This document shows, piece after piece, positions 22,701 through 28,625 of a stretch of 64,000 bases of DNA. The notes under the pieces are model-generated. The model made no database searches. It was not told the DNA's origin and saw only the letters and a list, made by a program, of their open reading frames with translations. This DNA is from a virus. Position 1 is the stretch's first letter. Every line of letters begins with the position of its first letter. The DNA lies in the IMG/VR virus record IMGVR_UViG_3300043434_000266, positions 14,991 through 78,990 of that record; one strand, given 5' to 3'. The translations under genes and the position numbers were made by a program.

Positions 22701-23757
22701 AAGAGACGTTGCAAACATGCAATGGTTTACAAACTTCCGTGCTTGGACGCAGATGAATGCTACCTTGCAATTATTTGGAGGTATGATGAACCATCAAAAA
22801 GTAAAGCAAACTGTAAATGGTGTTACTAGAGAGATTCCTTACATTGAAGCATGGGAAGTTAAGGACGGACAACTAACTGTAAAACAAGGAGTTGACCAAG
22901 AATGGAACATTGGGGGTAAGAAGTTTACAGAAATGAGAAACAAAGTTCAAGCTGCTAACAAGAACTTGAACGGTGCACTATCCAAGATGGATCAACCAAT
23001 GGCAAACAGATACTTGTTGTATAGAATGATTGCTTATATGAAGACGTGGTTTACTCGTCAGTTCATGTCTCGTTTCCAATTTAGAGGAAACTGGAAAGAA
23101 CCTCGAGCACGTTGGGATATTCAAGCAAACGATTTACCTATAGGTTACTACATCCAAGGACTAGATACTTTAAGAAGAGGTATCATGAGTATGGGTGCTG
23201 ACTTTAAATATATGACACCTAGAGAGATCGCCGCTGCTAAGAAAGTAGCAATGGAAATGGGTATCATTATATTAGGAAGCGTTCTCATCAAACTATTGTT
23301 TAATTATGATGACGACGATGAGGATCGTTTCAACAAACTAAGACAGAAATCAGGACCACTTCCAGGATTATTTGTAGCGGATACTCCATTTGAGTTTAAT
23401 GCTACAGGATACTTAGAGAACCAATCATTGTTCTTAGCTAAGTCAACTATGAACGAACTTCAAGCAATGACTCCTGTGTTCGGTTACGATGACTATATTA
23501 ACATGCTTAAGTTAGAATCTGTAGCTGTAAGTAGTACTGTAGTAAATATGGGTAAGACTCTACAAACAATAACCCAACTTGTAGCACAAGATCCTGGAGC
23601 ACGTTACAAACGTGACGCAGGTCCATACGAGTGGCAACAAGCAGGAGAGTTAAAGAGTATTAACTATTTGCTAAAAAGTGTAGGTATTTCTGGTAAGATG
23701 ATTGATCCGGTAAACGCACTTAGAGGGTTCGAAAGTGCACAAAATCGTTTCAAGTAA
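16738..23757 (+). CDS. Giant ejection/polyvalent virion protein with nucleotidyltransferase-like and zincin domains and hydrophobic C-terminal segments
   Basis: LVLTGSLAL..HDIDW..QIDFF..KLRMGRDKD; AIHEFSH..EELLVRA; C-terminal MGIIILGSVLIKLLF. Third gene of the giant trio, coupled by a TAATG overlap. Confidence 0.7.
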   Translation: MINACPGGPEWNKLVKAVGEFEAYKDYIENGETIRSVDEVLKSKPFLEKVKRNEADTKAIEENLLSGFLKDFGITVTEYESLKDDLGLNGYTATDLITKTVVHQPGESILPEAAYIAYSILGKQNNKIRSELRYLIRKWDKYEERFNFHKELLKKNKVSIKDSKEWKNNIRDKVIIDFLKDNLYQYYSNPTEFKKNLDTKWTQEDFTLWEKIIRAIENFLSRTFGYKEEEYITQLKDTGSAIASELLTQNYEYFKYNLSEDQIRKYYSSTIESDPKAKDIVTVLQKIGLVLTGSLALRRAGEVYRTAEESVHDIDWIVPYLMNMSGYNAKLTEAMLRGDEPTLFREDVEKLKLDKRSKNALNQIAQMDWFLKVQEAYPNIRFTNGFYGKEHANLESFTAQAAIDGEFYDSDGYHEEEFATYRKDPYTGAPVKEKIKRTIKHQKGDYVKGTGYQIDFFVRLEEHQEEHDGYFLLWKEIMLAKLRMGRDKDFIDWKAFQPYLASKDKFNFFYEGFRHINFESSQDFFLEDMTLSKKIKYEDIDTIVNYIVDTIPGVKTYAEKVGFTPVQTNMRKANSVVEAMVQQLSSRLNIPYQFVTAAEAREILEGAGKPFTNQAGFYVGGTVYLVSSDLNLETAIHEFSHPFIRAIQQENPQLFEKLVSDLSLTEEGQKIINITKQLYGEDDPLYKEELLVRALTRAARMKLTGALKQYKNKSFKSVIDRVLYAIKKAFRKYFGKSVDVSDLDVDTSIEDLSEMLLSADQITFDVEAVSQEELVAEERRVKEEIDQFLNIGNTDSGAIAIKTMISDFTRISRDHIDKLVKNRNLKDIAEILKSGYDESDYKSIIRNLSNYQEDLLEKIEDASERLEYESQRATALVNSIYRIKYMSAKMVLHMKDLLAEDISPDTVRKFYYYSKLVDDWSKIIAKTRRMMTNEDVITGPMATVVSEIESLLKTAKDLDVDMSMRGSVDLLTETIKPLSDKVKTYYEDIIKALKKKGAPDRIIERYEREYKEASLEEKDIREWLSGQRGDTHAISAWLESFMNIQDPVVFGLAKYLNDNISDVLTKAQQRQNSRTMILEPMLKAAGLDLKDYQALNKLVTYKEFEPIYNSEGKYEERERMAYIHHVKGYQKEVGKLNDQIREAEKKSQETGDTTELDALRAQLKQLLHDHFYNDYDSRVFASESLFTQDEIGQKAYTKRSAILNKINNLDAGIHQKTELYDSDFQELRDMLWKEYQHLYSFSYEDGSMKVPGTEDYEITKRLRDHRERTREFYEWVPIKGMFQGSLRSYEQQLRAQNLTDKQFEEKRKQWIDENTKVKIKPKFWEDVQDIIGRLKKLKESLPVNIGAQMKLDEYFKELNDQMSAYRDEDGQPEANSMSEEKLRRIAELDELISEERDNLSKYTGLSEEEELFVADFQNKAQAYIASKFDPLNMSMDQYTELFEEFKNLNPADAADYESLMDKRVSAEDDPMLKEELTYLLAELNAIRSKVPTDQYIDKLNSFVKTSDDGNGINKSTIKERFGVEAFDKSIISNMLEDTGFLQKLFIESPEFKVWFNQNHQQRIFEYTYGPNAGDEKVSYSPSSAWRVTRPNQEEYYETTELYDEAGNVIGSIQGVPVSKYWRRQLKSEYRTQRVTYKEALEMGDLTKATVDEQGRWLPKPDSKYRNEDYYRLQRTNKPAFDLLTQIHKFHQENQDGLNVNSRLGMFMARYRKDNYESLVSGEAKDKVTSMIKNFKSSFRKAADDFEEGYNAENQVTYVNLDMFDTQTSGIPITGRADLDLEETSEDVISSLMRYMLSAERQKKLIEINPNVRAIQSIVNNEEKGGIKDMTKANKQDYLTQGITNFATKKGKSVRAQVINAMIERELEGKQLVGVTENLAWANKLAGNLMKMSSFAFFAFDAASALKNAFNAQFQSMIAAAGGDGLDMASITKGAYWAQFASSQVSFEIYKFGPKSLNVQLVEMFDPEATRFDKDAGRKFAESSTRTLSRDVANMQWFTNFRAWTQMNATLQLFGGMMNHQKVKQTVNGVTREIPYIEAWEVKDGQLTVKQGVDQEWNIGGKKFTEMRNKVQAANKNLNGALSKMDQPMANRYLLYRMIAYMKTWFTRQFMSRFQFRGNWKEPRARWDIQANDLPIGYYIQGLDTLRRGIMSMGADFKYMTPREIAAAKKVAMEMGIIILGSVLIKLLFNYDDDDEDRFNKLRQKSGPLPGLFVADTPFEFNATGYLENQSLFLAKSTMNELQAMTPVFGYDDYINMLKLESVAVSSTVVNMGKTLQTITQLVAQDPGARYKRDAGPYEWQQAGELKSINYLLKSVGISGKMIDPVNALRGFESAQNRFK

Positions 23758-23805
23758 ACTAACTTTTTTGTATATTATATATGTAAACTATTAAAAATAA
23801 ACACG

Positions 23806-24255
23806 ATGGCATTTATCGACATTTTCAACTTCAAAAAATACTTCGCTAAGTCTAGTGATGCACAAGTCGCACGTTACGGACATGTGAATGCTTTATACGA
23901 TGATCTTGCACCAAGAATTAAGAATCATGGTACGTATAGAAGTACAGCATCATCTACACCTTCTGTAATAGTACCTATTACTTCTTACGCAGGTAAAGTA
24001 GACTTACCAAATTTCGGTGTTCCTGTAGCTATAGAAGTTCTCGGAGCCCCTAAAAGTGAACCAGGTCGTGTAGAATTTGCTTTGTCAGCTGATTTTATAA
24101 CAGAAAATTCTATGGCAATTGTTAGTGTGGGAATAGTTACTGACTTATTACTTGCATCAAGTACTTGTGAAAACGGACTAATAACAATTAGTATACTTAA
24201 TTATAGCACTATTGAAGTAGAAGGTATAACTGTTAACTTCTTAATCATTAACTAA
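23806..24255 (+). CDS. Small putative virion protein (paralog 1)
   Basis: N-terminal 34 aa nearly identical to the next gene; beta-rich C-terminus; late-gene position. Confidence 0.5.
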   Translation: MAFIDIFNFKKYFAKSSDAQVARYGHVNALYDDLAPRIKNHGTYRSTASSTPSVIVPITSYAGKVDLPNFGVPVAIEVLGAPKSEPGRVEFALSADFITENSMAIVSVGIVTDLLLASSTCENGLITISILNYSTIEVEGITVNFLIIN

Positions 24256-24256
24256 G

Positions 24257-24676
24257 ATGGCATTCATAGATATCTTCAACTTTAAAAAGTATTTTAGAAA
24301 ACCTAGTGATGCACAGGTTGCTAGATACGGTCATGTTAATGCGTTGTATGATGACCTAGTTAATAGTTTTGCAATCGAAACGGCTGAATATACTAAAACA
24401 GGTCCTACAGTATCAGTAACTACAAAATCTGGTATTATCTCTGTAACAGAGACATTAAATACAACTGATTACATTCAATTTAGGATCGTTAATGAAGACA
24501 TTACTGCAAATACTGTTGTTCTTGTAACTGCCTACAATCCTGATTTAGGTACAAGTATATTACATGCTGCTCCCTGGGTGGGTCCTAGTCCTGATGGTGG
24601 TCGTTATGCAGTCATTACAAACCTTGGTGCAGACACAGTAGAAAATATTAAATTGTTATATTACATAGTATCCTAA
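24257..24676 (+). CDS. Small putative virion protein (paralog 2)
   Basis: Shares MAFIDIFNFKKYF.K.SDAQVARYGHVNALYDDL with the upstream gene. Confidence 0.5.
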   Translation: MAFIDIFNFKKYFRKPSDAQVARYGHVNALYDDLVNSFAIETAEYTKTGPTVSVTTKSGIISVTETLNTTDYIQFRIVNEDITANTVVLVTAYNPDLGTSILHAAPWVGPSPDGGRYAVITNLGADTVENIKLLYYIVS

Positions 24677-25221
24677 TGAAAAAGTATACAACAAAAGAAC
24701 TTAGAGCTGAGTTTGAAAAGCACGGATATGATTTTCCAACTTTTCATTTAGTAGGTATTAGATCTAACGCTAATGCTAAGAATCAGTTTGATGATCTTAT
24801 TGGTGTAATAGAAAGAGATACTATTACTTGGTATACTTGCACAACTAATCCTGGAACACACTGGTTACAGAATTTGCTTAACCCAAAAGGTGCAGCTATG
24901 TTAGTACCCGGACAATGGGATGATTGCTGGAAGATAGGATTGCATCAAGGTAAATACGAAGCACTTACCCAATGTGCACCCGTTACTGTATATAGAGACG
25001 GAGATAAAGATGATGTAGCTGAAGAATCTAAAGTAACTGAGACAGGTATCTTTGGTATTAATATCCACCGTGCTAATCCTAGTTTAGTATCTAAGCTTAT
25101 AGATAAATGGTCTGCCGGATGTCAAGTTCTTAATGACCCCAAACAGTTTGCAGAGTTACTAGGTAAATGTAAAAAATCTGGATTTAAGAAGTTTACATAC
25201 ACCCTATTAAAAGAATTCTAA
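24676..25221 (+). CDS. Putative endolysin with an L,D-transpeptidase (YkuD)-like Cys/His catalytic motif
   Basis: GINIHRA-x-WSAGCQV fits Hx(14-17)SxGC; directly upstream of holin-like and spanin-like genes. Confidence 0.65.
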   Translation: MKKYTTKELRAEFEKHGYDFPTFHLVGIRSNANAKNQFDDLIGVIERDTITWYTCTTNPGTHWLQNLLNPKGAAMLVPGQWDDCWKIGLHQGKYEALTQCAPVTVYRDGDKDDVAEESKVTETGIFGINIHRANPSLVSKLIDKWSAGCQVLNDPKQFAELLGKCKKSGFKKFTYTLLKEF

Positions 25222-25475
25222 TGAAGAACATTCTTCACAATATCTTCTCAAGTAAAGGAGATATATCTTTCAAGAGAGTAAGTTCAGCGCTTACTCTTTT
25301 AGCTTTACTTTCTTTAGCGTATATAAATACTCTTAGTGAACATAAAACTCCAGACTATGTTTTTGACTGGTTAGTTATGATTGTTATAGCTGGATACGGC
25401 GGTACTGTAGTTGAATCAGTGTTTAATAAAAAAACCAACAAGTCAAATGAGGGAGAATCGGGAACAACTAACTAA
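25221..25475 (+). CDS. Putative holin
   Basis: 84 aa, two hydrophobic helices, charged C-terminal tail, follows the endolysin. Confidence 0.6.
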   Translation: MKNILHNIFSSKGDISFKRVSSALTLLALLSLAYINTLSEHKTPDYVFDWLVMIVIAGYGGTVVESVFNKKTNKSNEGESGTTN

Positions 25476-25803
25476 AGATATTGTAGTCATATTAGTAGTA
25501 GGTATAATAGCTATTCTATTTGTACGTACTATGGTTAAAACTACAGAGAATGAGAAAAAGAATAACACTCTTTTTCAAAAGATTAATACGGATAGTTTAA
25601 CTATTGATTCTCTTAAGATGAAAATCACTCATGACTCTCTCGCTCATATAGATAGTCTTAGAGTAGCTCATATAAACTATTTAAACAATCAAGATAATAA
25701 AAACAAAGATGAGCGTGATGAAGCAAATGCTCTTATTCAGTATGCTACTGATAAGCAGCTTGACAGTCTCTGGGCAGTTTACTCCCCAAAGATTAGTCAT
25801 TAA
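25447..25803 (+). CDS. Putative i-spanin-like membrane-anchored protein
   Basis: N-terminal TM segment DIVVILVVGIIAILFV then a helical region; overlaps the next gene; start moved to ATG 25447. Confidence 0.5.
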   Translation: MRENREQLTKDIVVILVVGIIAILFVRTMVKTTENEKKNNTLFQKINTDSLTIDSLKMKITHDSLAHIDSLRVAHINYLNNQDNKNKDERDEANALIQYATDKQLDSLWAVYSPKISH

Positions 25804-26158
25804 TGGTCAAAAAGGAATATTTCTTTCTGAAGCAGAAGAGCGTGCTGTGCTTTCTGCATTAGTAAAATTGCGTTATTATTCTAATAGTGCTGCTATAAAG
25901 GACAGTATAATCTTTGATATGTCAAAATCCATAGGTGATAAAAACTTTGAGATTAACTTATTAACAACTAAATATAACGAAAGTATATCTGATGCTAAAA
26001 AGTACGCTAAAGATTATAATTTACTCATAGAAGAGTATAATGAGCTTGGTGCACACAATATGGAACTCAATGCTAAGTTAAATAGTTCTTTAAAATGGAA
26101 CATTGGACTCGGTGCTTCCGTATTACTACTAGGAACTTTATTAATCTTGACAAACTAA
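25718..26158 (+). CDS. Putative spanin partner: signal peptide, coiled coil, C-terminal TM segment
   Basis: MKQMLLFSMLLISSLTVSG signal-like start; C-terminal IGLGASVLLLGTLLIL; no Cys in the protein. Confidence 0.45.
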   Translation: MKQMLLFSMLLISSLTVSGQFTPQRLVINGQKGIFLSEAEERAVLSALVKLRYYSNSAAIKDSIIFDMSKSIGDKNFEINLLTTKYNESISDAKKYAKDYNLLIEEYNELGAHNMELNAKLNSSLKWNIGLGASVLLLGTLLILTN

Positions 26159-26313
26159 TGGACAGTAACTTTTATTTTTTAAGAGCACAGATCAGAGTTA
26201 TGAATCCTGAATGGACTAATGCTCAGATTGATGACGAGGTCAGAAGAATCATGACAGAAAAGAAAGACTGGTATGATAATGACGGTGATGATTGTTTATA
26301 TTGCGGATCTTAA
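26158..26313 (+). CDS. 51-aa protein ending in an acidic CxxC tail (DDCLYCGS)
   Basis: TAATG coupling at 26156-26160; tail resembles ribonucleotide reductase alpha-subunit C-termini. Confidence 0.55.
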   Translation: MDSNFYFLRAQIRVMNPEWTNAQIDDEVRRIMTEKKDWYDNDGDDCLYCGS

Positions 26314-26325
26314 CTATATTAGTAT

Positions 26326-26436
26326 ATGAAGAAACCTTCTTTCAAACCTGAGAACAACAAACTTGATAGCATAATCAAGGAAGCACGTACTCGGAAACCA
26401 AAACAACCTAAAAATCCTAACAATGGCAAAAGTTAA
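26326..26436 (+). CDS. 36-aa basic peptide (not in ORF track)
   Basis: MKKPSFKPENNKLDSIIKEARTRKPKQPKNPNNGKS, translated by hand; fills the gap and overlaps the next ORF. Confidence 0.45.
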   Translation: MKKPSFKPENNKLDSIIKEARTRKPKQPKNPNNGKS

Positions 26437-26563
26437 TACTGCAAAGAATAACTACGCACCCAGTGACACTCGTAAGAAGCGCCCTGGGATTGTAGCTAAA
26501 AAAAAATCAAGTAAACTAAAATCAAGTAAAAACTACTTGAAACGGTATAGAGGTCAAGGTTAG
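26423..26563 (+). CDS. 46-aa highly basic peptide ending YRGQG (not in ORF track)
   Basis: MAKVNTAKNNYAPSDTRKKRPGIVAKKKSSKLKSSKNYLKRYRGQG; its stop overlaps the stop of the convergent gene. Confidence 0.6.
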   Translation: MAKVNTAKNNYAPSDTRKKRPGIVAKKKSSKLKSSKNYLKRYRGQG

Positions 26564-26943
26564 ACCCCTAGTATCTTTTTGATATCTGGTTTAGAGTAGT
26601 TATTTCCCTTCAAAATTTTTCCATCTTCTCTGAGAATGGGTAATCCGTCTTCTCCTAACTTGCTCATGTTCGATCTCTGTATCTCTTCGAATACTTCCAC
26701 GATCTTGTCTTGCATACCATGTTTAAGAATGGTGCCCACCAGTATATATAACTGATCACCAAGAGCATCAGCAATACCCACCAAATCGTTCTCCCGACAT
26801 GCGAGAAGATATTCAAATAGTTCTTCAGCTTGGAGATCATGTCTTAGTTGATATTCTTTTTCTTTTATTAAACTTGGTTCAGATGCATAGTGTTGTCCGA
26901 ATACATCATGAAAGTGCTTTACAGCGTTTATAATTTCTTGCAT
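26560..26943 (-). CDS. MazG-like all-alpha NTP pyrophosphohydrolase (DR2231/dUTPase-like)
   Basis: LQAEELFEY..IADALGDQLYI..EIQRSNMSK..REDGKILKG; start moved to Met11. Confidence 0.85.
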   Translation of the reverse strand: MQEIINAVKHFHDVFGQHYASEPSLIKEKEYQLRHDLQAEELFEYLLACRENDLVGIADALGDQLYILVGTILKHGMQDKIVEVFEEIQRSNMSKLGEDGLPILREDGKILKGNNYSKPDIKKILGV

Positions 26944-26944
26944 A

Positions 26945-27454
26945 CTAGTAACTGGAATAATACCACTCATCATAGTTAGGTGGTAGTTGTTGATTTTTAA
27001 ATTTATTTATAGGTAGTGTTTGGAAGTTAGGATACCCCATTTGATTAACTCCTCTTTCTTGAGGCGTGGTTTTATTGAGTTCTTCTAACTTCTTCTCAGC
27101 TTTCTGTGACGTATACTTAACAGCATCGCAGAATCTCTGTTGGATACCATTAGACTCTAACATCATTGCTTCCATAAGAATCAAATAGTTAATAGCATCA
27201 CCAAACTTTTCACGGATGGTATATTCAGAGTATGCATCTTTACTAGATATCATGTCCTTTATAGATATCATATGTTTCATCATGTACTCCCAAGCTACCA
27301 TTTCACGTTTGTCATGAAAGGACATCTTAGTACCTTCTTCAAAGTTGTGGAATACGTCTTTGTCGGTAGCATACTCAGCACCTTTCTTTTGCAATAAAGA
27401 TTGGATAAGCTTAATACGCTCATCTACTAGTTTGTTAAATTCAGTCTTTTTCAT
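26945..27454 (-). CDS. All-alpha nucleotide-modification-associated/dNTP pyrophosphatase-like protein (DUF1599-like)
   Basis: KKGAEYA...FHNF...KFGDAINYLIL; start moved to Met12. Confidence 0.55.
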   Translation of the reverse strand: MKKTEFNKLVDERIKLIQSLLQKKGAEYATDKDVFHNFEEGTKMSFHDKREMVAWEYMMKHMISIKDMISSKDAYSEYTIREKFGDAINYLILMEAMMLESNGIQQRFCDAVKYTSQKAEKKLEELNKTTPQERGVNQMGYPNFQTLPINKFKNQQLPPNYDEWYYSSY

Positions 27455-27467
27455 TTTAAATAAATAA

Positions 27468-27506
27468 GACCCCAAGGGGGCATGCAAGGGTCATACCCCC
27501 AGGGTC
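27468..27506 (-). terminator. GC-rich intergenic hairpin, probable terminator
   Basis: GACCC..GGGGG..CCCCC..GGGTC inverted repeat followed by a T-rich tract on the - strand. Confidence 0.5.
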
Positions 27507-27511
27507 AATTA

Positions 27512-28624
27512 TTATAGTTCTGGTAAATCAAATGATTCTCCGTCAAAGTTAAAGAATTCATCCTCAGCAGACAAAGTATTTTCTACTTTTTCTTGATCTT
27601 CATAGAAAGAATTTGGTACTGGTGTAGTATCAAAATCAGGTTCTTCTTCTTCAAAGTCAAACAATGTAGGTTCTTCCTGCTTGTCAATATCAAAATCAGA
27701 ACCTGGTGTTTCTACATTATCAAAATCAGGGATCAAAAGATCATTGGTCATATCTACCTGTAGTTCTTCCTCTTCTGCGATAACATCAAAGATATTAATC
27801 TGAGCAGGGTCAACAAGTGGTGTACTTAAATCCGTAACTGGTGTACTTAAATCTTGAGGTGGTGTACTTAAACCGGCAGCTAGTGCACTTATTACAGAAG
27901 GTGGTATACTTATTATACATCTGTCCAGATACGCTGCGTAGACAGTATCAAAACAACCAATGTGAGATCTAGTATAAAACTTAGGATGAGAATGCTTAAT
28001 ACTAGAAGCTAATGTAAAGTAAGCTTCCCAGTATGTAATCTCATCTTTCTTTAAGCTCTCATAATAGTGTTTAGTTGCTGTAAGCTGATCCGCTTTCAAA
28101 TAGTCATTGATAAATGCTCTACCGATGATATCACCCATCTCGTCTCTAGATATAGTAAGTAATTCTAGATTAGACTTGCGGGTCATTAACTCATTATAGA
28201 AATCAGATACTCGTGCTACTTGATTCTTTACAGCATCAACCATCTCTATATCTGCAGTACCAGTATGTTTACGCATAAAGTACGCCATGTCCGAAGTCAT
28301 CATGACTCCGTCATTGTCTTTGAAGTGTAAACCTATACTACAATGGAAACGGGTACTCTTATCATAAGAGTTAACCCAGGTAAATACAATACCTACATTC
28401 TCATCTGTACCATAGGAGATATAGTGGTTACCTACGGATACATTCCCATTAGATGAAAACAATTCTCTATCTACAATTAAACCAGCTGTTGCTAGTTCTT
28501 GACGCACAGTGCTTAACACACTAGCGTTAGTAATTACTTTGTAACGTCCTCCATGTGAAGGAATGAGGGAAGGGTCACAGAGATAACTCTCTGTGGACCC
28601 ACCCATTGATAATTTAAAGGGCAT
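27512..28624 (-). CDS. DUF932-like protein with a long acidic tail
   Basis: YKVITNASVL..VFTWVNSYDKSTRFHCSIG..RKHTG pattern. Confidence 0.5.
   Translation of the reverse strand: MPFKLSMGGSTESYLCDPSLIPSHGGRYKVITNASVLSTVRQELATAGLIVDRELFSSNGNVSVGNHYISYGTDENVGIVFTWVNSYDKSTRFHCSIGLHFKDNDGVMMTSDMAYFMRKHTGTADIEMVDAVKNQVARVSDFYNELMTRKSNLELLTISRDEMGDIIGRAFINDYLKADQLTATKHYYESLKKDEITYWEAYFTLASSIKHSHPKFYTRSHIGCFDTVYAAYLDRCIISIPPSVISALAAGLSTPPQDLSTPVTDLSTPLVDPAQINIFDVIAEEEELQVDMTNDLLIPDFDNVETPGSDFDIDKQEEPTLFDFEEEEPDFDTTPVPNSFYEDQEKVENTLSAEDEFFNFDGESFDLPEL
27819..27872. repeat. In-frame 21-bp-period tandem repeat, 3 copies (LSTP)
   Basis: ggtgtacttaaa at 27819, 27840 and 27861. Confidence 0.8.
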
Positions 28625-28625
28625 T

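Noticed and set aside
23806-24676. Diversity-generating retroelement template/variable repeat pair
   Set aside because: The differences are synonymous and not adenine-specific, the shared part is N-terminal, and no reverse transcriptase is in the window.
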